Shown here piece by piece: positions 9,903 to 19,744 of a DNA stretch of 33,676 nt (positions are counted from its first letter, which is position 1; the number at the start of each line of letters is the position of its first letter). A program made the translations under genes and the position numbers. A model generated the notes under the pieces. The model was not told where the DNA came from and ran no database searches. It worked only from the letters and a program-made list of their open reading frames with translations. Source of the DNA: a virus (Duplodnaviria; Heunggongvirae; Uroviricota; Caudoviricetes); IMG/VR virus record IMGVR_UViG_3300037010_001573, positions 128,001 through 161,676 of that record; one strand, 5' to 3'.

Positions 9903-10334
9903 TTAATAAAAATCCATACGATGGAATTTTCCAAGGATATTATCATTATATGAATTTGATGTTAATAAACACCCCGTAGTGCATTGGTAATGCATTTCAA
10001 AATAAGTTAATTGTTTTTTATTAGGACATAATTTTAAAATTAAACATTCAAAATAGTCAGGTCCTAATTCTTTAACATCGTTTTGAAGTTCTTTTGAAGA
10101 TCCCCAATATGTTTTCCAATCACTCTCTTTAGTTACTAATTTAGTAGTTACTTTTCTACCTCGGCTAACAGGTAAAGATGCTAATTCTTTTTTACCTAAT
10201 TTAACATTAGTATTATGGACAAAATATTTTTTACCTATGTAAAATTTTCCATTTTTTAAATTTGTTATTTGGTATATAAAACCAAAATAATCTTGAGGAT
10301 TAAAATCCTCAGAATATAACCATTTACTTTCCAT
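9903..10334 (-). CDS. GIY-YIG family nuclease
   Basis: GFIYQITN...FYIGKK, YWGSS, conserved E and YN near the C-terminus. Confidence 0.8.
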   Translation of the reverse strand: MESKWLYSEDFNPQDYFGFIYQITNLKNGKFYIGKKYFVHNTNVKLGKKELASLPVSRGRKVTTKLVTKESDWKTYWGSSKELQNDVKELGPDYFECLILKLCPNKKQLTYFEMHYQCTTGCLLTSNSYNDNILGKFHRMDFY

Positions 10335-10337
10335 GTT

Positions 10338-10688
10338 TTATTTATCGTATTTAATTACAAAAGTCATATCAGTATTCTGAGATAACTGTATTGGTTGGGC
10401 TAATTTAGCAACTGCTAATAATTCATTAGTTTCATTATACAAACCTATAGTAGTTACATAAGGTTCAAAATAAGAAGCAGTTGCAAAGTTTTTTACTTGT
10501 GGTAAAGGTGAATTTAAAGATTGTGATATAAAAGTATTACTATTAAATATGTTATTTTGTAATAATGTTGGGTTATAAGATAAATTAAATTCATTATCTT
10601 TAACATGACATATTACATTTTGTTCATATATAACTACTTCATTTTGAAAACTAATAGTAAAGTCTGTTGGAACTAAAGATTGTGCCAT
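10338..10688 (-). CDS. Baseplate/tail-collar-like protein (C-terminal-half paralog of 11609-12643)
   Basis: VTTIGLYNETNELLAVAKLAQP motif shared with 11609-12643. Confidence 0.65.
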   Translation of the reverse strand: MAQSLVPTDFTISFQNEVVIYEQNVICHVKDNEFNLSYNPTLLQNNIFNSNTFISQSLNSPLPQVKNFATASYFEPYVTTIGLYNETNELLAVAKLAQPIQLSQNTDMTFVIKYDK

Positions 10689-11593
10689 TACGTTACATTT
10701 ATTGTTATACTTCCTGTATTACTAAACATAAAATCACATGAACTACCCATAGTTTGACATATAAATTTAGTTTGATATGTTCCTGGTTGTTCAAATGTTA
10801 ATATTACTATATTTCCTGAACCTGTAGAAAAAAATTGGTCATCATTCTCCAAAAGTTGGATCCTATGATTTATAATAGTATTATTATTTACACCCCCACG
10901 TAGATTAATTCCAGATAATGGATTGAAAGAAAATTCAGGATAATTACCCATACATATGTTGATATTATAATCATAAACAACCGGTGGTAATTGAAATATA
11001 GATTGTATTTCTTGATTAGTAATAACTATAATCCCCTCAGAATAAAAAATATTTCCTATTAGATAATTGGCAGAAGGACCAACTTGTGGTGTATATATTA
11101 CATTTCCTTTACTATCATCTGTTATATAAGTACCAACAGGATATGAAAAATCCATTCTTAAAGTTCCTGGTAGTATTCTATTTCCGAATATTTGAGGTGA
11201 AATTGATATAACTTTGATAGAATCATTTGAACCTGTAGGAAAATTAGAGACAAATCCAGAATCGTTATTAAAATTAAAATAAGATGCAGTTGGTCGTTGT
11301 TCAGAAGCAGATTCATAATATAAAGATGTTGATAATGATGAAGTATTTAAACTTCCTGAATAACAATGATAATAAAGTTGATCTATTTGTTTATAAACCA
11401 ATCTATCATATTGTCCATTAGTTATATCTTCATGTCCTGGGTTAAAACTTCCAGTTAAATTTACCCCATTATAGAAATTAACCCCTGTATTTTTATTAGA
11501 AATAAAAGCACAAGAGTAAAAATCCCATTGTTTGTTAGCTATAATAGGTACCGTTATAACATCAGATGTTTTTAATTGTTTAAATGACCCCAT
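10688..11593 (-). CDS. Virion structural protein (N-terminal-half paralog of 11609-12643 plus a beta-rich tail)
   Basis: PGTL..ITDDS..GNIFYSEGIIVI resembles PGSL..LTDNS..GYLFPDNDIIIL. Confidence 0.6.
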   Translation of the reverse strand: MGSFKQLKTSDVITVPIIANKQWDFYSCAFISNKNTGVNFYNGVNLTGSFNPGHEDITNGQYDRLVYKQIDQLYYHCYSGSLNTSSLSTSLYYESASEQRPTASYFNFNNDSGFVSNFPTGSNDSIKVISISPQIFGNRILPGTLRMDFSYPVGTYITDDSKGNVIYTPQVGPSANYLIGNIFYSEGIIVITNQEIQSIFQLPPVVYDYNINICMGNYPEFSFNPLSGINLRGGVNNNTIINHRIQLLENDDQFFSTGSGNIVILTFEQPGTYQTKFICQTMGSSCDFMFSNTGSITINVT

Positions 11594-11608
11594 TTATTGA
11601 TATTAAAA

Positions 11609-12643
11609 TTAATAATCGAGTTTCACTTTTATTAAAGCTTCTTTTGTAAAATCCTTTACTAATGGTCTGCTCAATTTAGCAACAGCTAATAATTCGTTAT
11701 TATCATTATATAAACCTACTGTTGTTACAAATGTTTGTGGATTGTTTACTAAATTAGAATAAAGTAAGTTTCCATTAGCATCTATAATAGAAGGGTTGGT
11801 AGTATAATTAAAATCTTGATTTTTTACTCTAGTAAAAAAATAATGAGCAGAAACATTTTCAGCTGATTGAAGTGCGAAATTAGCACTTGATGAAATTATA
11901 TTGAAAAATTGAGCAGGAACATCGTTATTAACACCAGGAGCATTTATAATAGGATTGAATCCTATCCCTCCTTGAACTAAAGATTTACTTAAAGCTGTTG
12001 GATTTAAAATTATAATGTCATTATCTGGAAATAAATAACCATATATAGAAGCTGAAGGAGCTGATGTATAAGGAACTCCCGCACTTCCACTAATCAAAGT
12101 ATAATAAGATGTACCAGCTGTAGTATAATTATTAGTAGTAATAATTTGACTATTATCAGTTAATGTTATAATATTTGAACCACTTTGTAGTAATAATGTT
12201 AAAGAACCAGGTTGTGTGTGTTCTTTATATCTACTTCTAGCAATGTTTATAATATATACACCATTTGGATTATCATTAGATGTATTATTAGTAAAGTTAA
12301 AACTACCACTTTCAGTTCCTAACAATAATGTTCTATACTGTCCATAAACTACTCTAGTAGGAGTAATAGCTGAATTATCTGGTAATAATGTTGTAACATT
12401 AGGATTGATAAAATCAGACCCACTACCAAATTTATTCCCATATTGGATTGAAAATTGAACAGAAGATGTTGTTGTTGTCAAAACTCCAGGATCTTCTTTG
12501 TATACGTTTGTGTAAAATTTACTAACTATAACGCTAGATGTATAAAATGTAGATAACACATTTGTATCTTCACTCCACATAGGTCTTACTACTGTTTCTG
12601 TACTTACTACAGAATCTTCGGGATTGTATCTTACAAAGCTCAT
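11609..12643 (-). CDS. Baseplate/tail-collar-like structural protein
   Basis: 344 aa, S/T/N rich, C-terminal TTVGLYNDNNELLAVAKLSRP; lies in the baseplate operon. Confidence 0.7.
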   Translation of the reverse strand: MSFVRYNPEDSVVSTETVVRPMWSEDTNVLSTFYTSSVIVSKFYTNVYKEDPGVLTTTTSSVQFSIQYGNKFGSGSDFINPNVTTLLPDNSAITPTRVVYGQYRTLLLGTESGSFNFTNNTSNDNPNGVYIINIARSRYKEHTQPGSLTLLLQSGSNIITLTDNSQIITTNNYTTAGTSYYTLISGSAGVPYTSAPSASIYGYLFPDNDIIILNPTALSKSLVQGGIGFNPIINAPGVNNDVPAQFFNIISSSANFALQSAENVSAHYFFTRVKNQDFNYTTNPSIIDANGNLLYSNLVNNPQTFVTTVGLYNDNNELLAVAKLSRPLVKDFTKEALIKVKLDY

Positions 12644-12649
12644 GTTTTA

Positions 12650-13312
12650 TTAAGAATTTGTTTTTGTTATTGTTAATGGAATTGTAATTCTAGCTCCTGA
12701 ATCTCTACCTAAAGCTGTAATAGTAGTAGTAATTTGTGTTAAACCTGAACCAAATAAAGTATTAATTGTAGTACCCGTTAATGTAAACGATGTTCCTATA
12801 ATAGTTTGACTTAATGTAGAACCAACAGTAGATGTAATTCCTGTAGGAGTTGTTTGGCTTCCGGCAACACCGGTTGCTGAAAATGTAGATAAAAATCTAA
12901 CATCAGATATGGTTAAAGCATATCCATTAGCTTCAAATGTACTTGTTGCTCCTAAATAATTTAATGTTTGTGGAGTAATTGTTAATGTTGAACCTTGTTT
13001 TAATGTTATACTATTATAACCAAGATTAAGAACAGGTAATTTAGCTGTTCCTCTAGGTAAAGTTACTAATTTATAAATCATTATTTGAGTATCATCAGGA
13101 AATGCTTCCATTACAGGCATAGCTTCTATAGCTTGTCCGTAAAAAGCAGAACCTGAAGGGTGAGTAGGATTATATAAAGTGTAGTCTACTTCATCATCAG
13201 CTAACGAAAATTGAGTAATTCTAAAGGAACCATCATTTCGAGCTAATAATTCTCTACCTTTTGCTGTTAAAACAGCATCTATTGTTACAGTGTTATTATT
13301 TAAAATAGCCAT
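12650..13312 (-). CDS. Baseplate/tail-collar-like structural protein
   Basis: DAVLTAKGRELLA...ITQFSLADD resembles the start of tail-collar fibre domains; late motif at 13332-13340. Confidence 0.65.
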   Translation of the reverse strand: MAILNNNTVTIDAVLTAKGRELLARNDGSFRITQFSLADDEVDYTLYNPTHPSGSAFYGQAIEAMPVMEAFPDDTQIMIYKLVTLPRGTAKLPVLNLGYNSITLKQGSTLTITPQTLNYLGATSTFEANGYALTISDVRFLSTFSATGVAGSQTTPTGITSTVGSTLSQTIIGTSFTLTGTTINTLFGSGLTQITTTITALGRDSGARITIPLTITKTNS

Positions 13313-13347
13313 TATTTATTATTGATTTATTTATAAATATTAAAAAA

Positions 13348-16300
13348 TTATTGTGTTATTATACTACTACCAGCATCTATTAATTGTGTTTTAGAATTAG
13401 ATGTTATGGTATCTATATTATTTATTACTTCTTGTCCTATATTATCAGGAATAATAAAACCATAAGATGTTTTCCCGGGTGGTTTAACTAAATCAATAAA
13501 CACACTAGTTTCATCTGGGACTTTTTTTAGAAATACTATTTTATAATATTTGTTACAAGCATTTTCAAAATAACCACTTATATCTTCTTTAATATTAATA
13601 TGTAACACACCGTCTCCTGTTATAAAAACTTTATTTATATTATACTCAAAGGCATATCCTGATTCTCCTTCTATCTGTATTATTATTTTATCATATTGAT
13701 TTAAAATAAAAGGATATCCTATATAACCATATTCTTGATATAATGTACCAAAGGAAGATGAAGTTGCCACATTAAGTGGATCAAAAAAATAATTAGGTCC
13801 ATAAAAAGATGAGAAATATGAATCTAAATAAAATTCATTAGCATTTTGGTTTACACATATTTTGGCATCATTTACTAGTAATGAATTTTTAGAAGGGATT
13901 ACTTTTAAAAAAGGAATATTAGATATATTATTTCGGGTACTATCGTCTATTATATAAGGATTTAAAGATGCTGATATTATATTTGTTCCTCCTATTGATT
14001 TCTCATGTTCAAAATATCTAAAAACTATTTTATCACCAACTTCATATTCTTGAGAAGAAGTATCAGTTACAAAACTACCATTATAACTTAAGATAGAAGT
14101 TAAACCTGACTCATTATCTACACATAATGTTATAGTTTTATATTTGGGGTTAGTTACATCATTTCTCCATTGAAGTGGATCAAGATTAGAATCCATATAA
14201 AAATTACTATCAAGTATATAATCAAAACCCATATTATCTGTTAATATATAAACGTTATAATGTTTAAAGGTTGTATTATTTGTAAAAGAAATAACATTGT
14301 CGGTAGGATCACCACATTCAGGGAAATCATATGCATAAACATTTAGAGATTCACCAGCTGTTATAATAATGTCATCTCCAGGAATATATTTTGTGTAAGA
14401 TGTAACTAAATTATTATTTAAATCCCATCTATATATTACACCCAAATATTTATTCTCATTAAATGATAAAAACTGTGTGTTTATATTTATAGGTTTAAAA
14501 TCACCATTTATTGAACTACTTAACCATAATTGCATACTTCCTGTATACTCTGATGTTATTTGTCCTGTTACTTGAATATCAAAAGCATATTGAAAATTAT
14601 AAGTCCCTGAATATGGGATTACATAATAAGAAGAAGTTAATACCGTGTTATTAACATCAACAACCCCTGGTCCTGATCCTGTATAAAAATTTAATCCAAA
14701 ATCACTAGGTGGTGTATCTATTCCAACAGGAAAACCTGATATATTTCGTAGTGACGATGTAGTATTAAACATACTCCACACTTCTTTAGCACCGTCAGTA
14801 AAATCAGTTAATGTTGTTATATCAGAAGGATTATAATCTAATGTAGGAGTAAAAAACCCACCAGAAGGATAATTAGTAAAAAAACTATTTATTAAATTTC
14901 CTAAATTATTCCCATTATTAAGAAAAGCTAATGTATATGTAGGTCCTATAACGGATGATGATAGATATGCATTTTGATTAAAAGAAGAAGAACCATAACC
15001 ATAAAATACAGGATAATAAGAATATCCACTTTCATGGATTAATTTATCACCATTTGTTATAGCTTGATTAGAATATTGTTGAGGATTAAATAATGAAACA
15101 TTCAACGATTCATTTGCTTTAAATGTATTCTGTACTTCAAACCAATTTCTATTACGTTGATTTAATTCGGTAAAACTCCCAGATTCATTAACCAAATATT
15201 TTAATTTAACATGACTTTTATAAGGTAAAACTCCTTGAACAATTTCAGTAAATAACCCTAATTTTTTAGTATTGTAACTAATAACAGGTGAAACACCATA
15301 TGATGTATCTCCTATAGACCAAGTATTAAAATAAGCTCCATATAATTTAGTTCCATCATATCTAGATGTATTATATGAAGTTAAACTTAAATTAGAATCT
15401 TGTAACTGTACTGAGCCTGTTTTAAAATAAGAAGTAAAAACATTTCCTAAACTATCAACTGAGTATACAGGTGTTATAGATTTTCTATAAATTGATGTCA
15501 AGCTTTCAGAAACATTATTTTGTAATGAATTAAAATCAGAATTATCAAAGAAATTCTCATAATAAGGTACATTATAATTCATTATAAAGTCTGTATTACC
15601 TCCCATAAAACCAGAAGGAACAACACCTGATGGGTTATTTATTAAATAAGGATTAACATTATGTTCTAAAAAATCAGTATATGTATCAATACTAGAACTT
15701 GTAATATTTCCATTGTAATAAGATGCTTTATCCCCCTCTAAATAATCAAAATAATGATCATAAATAGGAATTAAAGTAGATCCTGAATAGTTAGCATCTT
15801 GTTCTTGTATTTGAGAAAAACAAGGTCTGGCCTCTGGAACTTTAGGGCGTTCTAATACAGGAGATTTAATTGTTACCCCGGTCCATATATTTCCTCTAGC
15901 CGGTGTAAAGTCTTTAATCATTTTAAACAATGAGTTATCAAAAAACTGTATTAGTCTTATAAATCCATTATAATCAAACCCTTCAGTAGGGTGTGTAAAA
16001 GTTTGAGAAAACCAATAATTTTTTTCTTGATTTAAATCATTATAATTATCTTTATATATGTCTCTAGGATCTCCTATATAATCATCTATAACCCAAGTAG
16101 AATTAACAGATGAAATTGAAGAAGAAATTTCAGCATCTATTTGTGTTTGAGGTGAGAAAGATATATCAACAAAATGTAAATCTTGACTTCTTACATCTCT
16201 TGAAGATGTAGGAGTAGTTTCTAAACGTTTTATAGAAGATAATATACTCCCTGTAATCCCATTATTACTAATATAAACTTTATCAGTAGAATATCCTTTT

Positions 16301-18267
16301 AAATCTTGATAATCAGTTGTTCCTCCATATTCTTTAATTGGTAAAATAGAACCTGTAATACCAAATATGTTAATTAAAGCTTGTAAACCACCATGTGAAC
16401 CTTTTGTCTTAAATAAATAAGGTAGATTATGGTATATCCTTTTATAAGATTCTATTACTAGTTCTTTTCGAGGAACATTATTTAAAAAACTACTAGATGG
16501 AGAATAATCTATAGGTCCGCAAGTTCCTAAAACCGATATATATATAGAAGGACTATTGCCATCCCAATAAACAGAACATGTTGTTAAAGAACCATTTGGA
16601 GGAAGTTGTATAATTACCCCATTGTAATAACAATCTACATATGATATTTCTTCATAATTATTTGAATTTAAATTTTTAAAATAAATAGATTTACAAGCAG
16701 GGTTTGGTGCATCTACACTCCCTGAATAACTACCAATATTATAATCTAAAACACTTTGATCTCCATGTGAGTTATATAACTTTACACCAAATGATTTTAA
16801 CCAATCAAATATTAAATCTTCGGATATTCCTTTTTGTATATTGTTATCATTATTCCAAACATCTGTTAATTTTTCAATATAAATCCATATGTTATCAAAA
16901 TATTGACCCATCATGTTAACGAACATAATGTATGGTAAATAATTTGACTCATCTTCTCTTATATATTCAGGGATGGTATTTATTAAAATATCTTTATTTA
17001 TAGAATCATATGTTTGAGAAACACTTATTGCTTCTGTATACCAATTTTCAACAATAGTATCATACGATGCATATAAAGAATATGGTTGGTTTGGATTTTG
17101 TTTTGGATATGGTGATATTACATATTCAAAAAAGGACCCTGATTCGACTGTATATTCTACTATTGATGATGTTAATGAACTAGAAGTATAATATAAGTAA
17201 CTTTCAAAACCATCAAAACCAGCAATAATGTTGTTTAAACTAGCAGTTGCTGTATTTACTTGAAATATTAATGAAGCATTACTCGCTGTCATAGGAGTTA
17301 TACTACTTATTTCATTTTGATAATTTTCTATTTCACCTATTTTAAACATAAAATTACTAAGTCTACTTTCAGCAGAACTAAAATGAATAAAATCATTTAA
17401 TATATTGTATTTTACATTTACATGAGTATGTTGATTAGATAAGGTATTTAAAACTACTTGATAAGCAGAACCCGTTAATGATGTTATTAATTGATTAAGA
17501 TTACTATATGGTGTAGGTAATACATTTTTTAATTCTAAATCAATCTCAAAATTAGGACCCCTTAAAGAAGGTTGTGGGGTTGGTGTTATTAGTTTATCTA
17601 AGTTAAGACTAAAAACATAAGGATTAACAATTTCCTCTACAATCCAAAAAGTATCTTTTAAGGAAATGTTTAAAGGAAGAGGTTCATATAATTTAATTAA
17701 TATATTAGCTGTTCCGTTTGTGTTTATTTCACTTACAATATTAACAGCTACAACTTGTTTATTATTCCCAAAATTAAGAATAACAGAATAATAAAAAGGA
17801 ACACCTGCTTGTTTATTAGCAAAATCTTGAGCAATCGTAGTTAATTGAGCATTACTTAAATCAGTAGATCCAATTCTTAATTCTGTCCTATCTGTTGATA
17901 TTTGTTGAATAAAAAGATGATTGCTGAAAGGCTCACTAGCAATTTTTCTAAATATGTTATATCGTACATTTAATTCCCCAGATTCATATCCTAAATCTTG
18001 TATATCTTGTATAGGATCTATTTCTATATTAGGAAGAAAACTTTGAGAATATGCTGAATTAGAAGGTAATTTGTATTTTGAATAATCATAATTAACATTT
18101 AATACATTCCCTCCCAAATCGGATACAAAATATTCTATATAATCATTGTTATACCCAAATGTACTCTGTTCAATTATAGGATTTAATAATGTTTCATCTT
18201 GTAAAGTATAACGATTTACTCGTTGTACATCCAAAACCTGTCCTATTATTTTAATATTATCAACCAT
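13348..18267 (-). CDS. Large baseplate wedge protein (gp7/P2 gpI-like core with long extensions)
   Basis: 1639 aa; YLFKTKGSHGGLQALINIFG resembles the gpI/gp7 motif; lies downstream of the gp25 and gp6 homologs. Confidence 0.6.
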   Translation of the reverse strand: MVDNIKIIGQVLDVQRVNRYTLQDETLLNPIIEQSTFGYNNDYIEYFVSDLGGNVLNVNYDYSKYKLPSNSAYSQSFLPNIEIDPIQDIQDLGYESGELNVRYNIFRKIASEPFSNHLFIQQISTDRTELRIGSTDLSNAQLTTIAQDFANKQAGVPFYYSVILNFGNNKQVVAVNIVSEINTNGTANILIKLYEPLPLNISLKDTFWIVEEIVNPYVFSLNLDKLITPTPQPSLRGPNFEIDLELKNVLPTPYSNLNQLITSLTGSAYQVVLNTLSNQHTHVNVKYNILNDFIHFSSAESRLSNFMFKIGEIENYQNEISSITPMTASNASLIFQVNTATASLNNIIAGFDGFESYLYYTSSSLTSSIVEYTVESGSFFEYVISPYPKQNPNQPYSLYASYDTIVENWYTEAISVSQTYDSINKDILINTIPEYIREDESNYLPYIMFVNMMGQYFDNIWIYIEKLTDVWNNDNNIQKGISEDLIFDWLKSFGVKLYNSHGDQSVLDYNIGSYSGSVDAPNPACKSIYFKNLNSNNYEEISYVDCYYNGVIIQLPPNGSLTTCSVYWDGNSPSIYISVLGTCGPIDYSPSSSFLNNVPRKELVIESYKRIYHNLPYLFKTKGSHGGLQALINIFGITGSILPIKEYGGTTDYQDLKGYSTDKVYISNNGITGSILSSIKRLETTPTSSRDVRSQDLHFVDISFSPQTQIDAEISSSISSVNSTWVIDDYIGDPRDIYKDNYNDLNQEKNYWFSQTFTHPTEGFDYNGFIRLIQFFDNSLFKMIKDFTPARGNIWTGVTIKSPVLERPKVPEARPCFSQIQEQDANYSGSTLIPIYDHYFDYLEGDKASYYNGNITSSSIDTYTDFLEHNVNPYLINNPSGVVPSGFMGGNTDFIMNYNVPYYENFFDNSDFNSLQNNVSESLTSIYRKSITPVYSVDSLGNVFTSYFKTGSVQLQDSNLSLTSYNTSRYDGTKLYGAYFNTWSIGDTSYGVSPVISYNTKKLGLFTEIVQGVLPYKSHVKLKYLVNESGSFTELNQRNRNWFEVQNTFKANESLNVSLFNPQQYSNQAITNGDKLIHESGYSYYPVFYGYGSSSFNQNAYLSSSVIGPTYTLAFLNNGNNLGNLINSFFTNYPSGGFFTPTLDYNPSDITTLTDFTDGAKEVWSMFNTTSSLRNISGFPVGIDTPPSDFGLNFYTGSGPGVVDVNNTVLTSSYYVIPYSGTYNFQYAFDIQVTGQITSEYTGSMQLWLSSSINGDFKPININTQFLSFNENKYLGVIYRWDLNNNLVTSYTKYIPGDDIIITAGESLNVYAYDFPECGDPTDNVISFTNNTTFKHYNVYILTDNMGFDYILDSNFYMDSNLDPLQWRNDVTNPKYKTITLCVDNESGLTSILSYNGSFVTDTSSQEYEVGDKIVFRYFEHEKSIGGTNIISASLNPYIIDDSTRNNISNIPFLKVIPSKNSLLVNDAKICVNQNANEFYLDSYFSSFYGPNYFFDPLNVATSSSFGTLYQEYGYIGYPFILNQYDKIIIQIEGESGYAFEYNINKVFITGDGVLHINIKEDISGYFENACNKYYKIVFLKKVPDETSVFIDLVKPPGKTSYGFIIPDNIGQEVINNIDTITSNSKTQLIDAGSSIITQ

Positions 18268-18270
18268 TTA

Positions 18271-18621
18271 TTATTTTGTTATTGTTGTTGAAACTGTTGT
18301 ATTAGCATTCGTCATTTCTGCTTGTAACAATTGTTGTCTTAAATCTGTTATTTCTTGAAGCAATGTTTGTACTTCATTATCATCAGCTAACCTAACATTA
18401 AAATATTCTAATTCTTTATTTAAAATATATCTGTGGGAATTAACATCTCCTTCTTTAGGGATGTTAAAAAATAAATCATCATATAAATTAAAAAAATCAT
18501 TAATAGAAACAGTTTGTATTGTTGTTGGATTTGTATTTAATTCTTTGAATTGAGTATCTATTATTTTAGAAAATGTTGCTTTGTTATAAACAGATATTTG
18601 AATTGGGATTATCTCACTCAT
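18271..18621 (-). CDS. Hypothetical structural-module protein with C-terminal coiled coil
   Basis: 116 aa, coupled to its neighbours; LLQEITDLRQQL. Confidence 0.7.
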   Translation of the reverse strand: MSEIIPIQISVYNKATFSKIIDTQFKELNTNPTTIQTVSINDFFNLYDDLFFNIPKEGDVNSHRYILNKELEYFNVRLADDNEVQTLLQEITDLRQQLLQAEMTNANTTVSTTITK

Positions 18622-19709
18622 TATTTATTTATTTTGAATATACTATTATTATCATAAACAACAACAGATCCATTATCAAATTCGGATTTTATTGTAATTT
18701 TATAATATCTCTCTGGTTGTAAGCCAGCCATATATAAATCAAAATAATTTCCTTGAGGATCACAACTTATTTTTGTAAACTGTTTATCAAAATCAACAAC
18801 ATATTCTCCTGTATTCAAATCTTGTAAAGCCCAATATGATGATGAAGGAAGAGCACTGTTTAAAGTATAAACAGAAATAGTAGTAAATGCTCTAGCAGGA
18901 TAAACAGTCCTTGCATTTACTCTAAATCTAAATATGTTATCTTTGTTATATTTTCCAACATTGTTTCCTAAAGTTATAACATTATTTTCGTTTGTTAATA
19001 CATTTAAAGAACCCGTATTATATACACTATCATCCCATTTAAATTCTAATTGAGGTAAATATATTGTATGTGTGTCTTTAGAAAAATATTTTAAAGAAAA
19101 AGAAGACGAATTGTTAAATTCATACGGTTCTTCCATTTTTAATAAGAAACCATTATTTGAAATATCGGAATTAACTATATCTTGTACTATATTAGTTACT
19201 TCAATATTAATATCTTTGCTTTGGTTAATTTCAAAAAATTCAACATTATTACATAAATAATTCCAATTACCACCCCCCGGTTGGTTTGGTAAAAAAGAAG
19301 CGGTTACATTTAGGGGATAATTAGATGTTGGCCATTCCATGCCATTTTGACTTTGAATCCAATTACATCCATTAACATTTGATGGATTATATAAAAATCT
19401 ACCAGTCCCTACTTCCCAAGAATCAGCAAGAGCCGATGCTGTTATATAATAAGTATCTGGTAAGTTTGTAGCATCTGCTAAATATAATTTTAAATATGAT
19501 TGAAAACTAGAACTTCCTATTATATTATTAATAGTGTTATTTATTTCATTTGTTGGGAATTTTATTAAAATTCTAGAAACAAACGGTCCATTAATTAATG
19601 ATGCTTCTTTATTAGAAATTTCTAATATTTGATCTAACCCAGTATTTGTATTAGGGTATTCTGAGTAAATTGTTGTGTCCTTTTCGGGAAATATTTTATA
19701 AATGGCCAT
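18621..19709 (-). CDS. DNRLRE (CBM96-like) domain virion protein
   Basis: DTTIYSEYP..N.G...LEI, SRILIKF, W.VG.G...W...W...GG.W, NNGFLLK, FSKD...PQL pattern. Confidence 0.65.
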   Translation of the reverse strand: MAIYKIFPEKDTTIYSEYPNTNTGLDQILEISNKEASLINGPFVSRILIKFPTNEINNTINNIIGSSSFQSYLKLYLADATNLPDTYYITASALADSWEVGTGRFLYNPSNVNGCNWIQSQNGMEWPTSNYPLNVTASFLPNQPGGGNWNYLCNNVEFFEINQSKDINIEVTNIVQDIVNSDISNNGFLLKMEEPYEFNNSSSFSLKYFSKDTHTIYLPQLEFKWDDSVYNTGSLNVLTNENNVITLGNNVGKYNKDNIFRFRVNARTVYPARAFTTISVYTLNSALPSSSYWALQDLNTGEYVVDFDKQFTKISCDPQGNYFDLYMAGLQPERYYKITIKSEFDNGSVVVYDNNSIFKINK

Positions 19710-19744
19710 CTATATTTATTTATTTATTATAAATATAGAACTTA

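Noticed and set aside
9903-10334. Intron-encoded homing endonuclease
   Set aside because: The gene is free-standing, its neighbours are intact, there is no room for an intron core, and it lacks a C-terminal DNA-binding extension.
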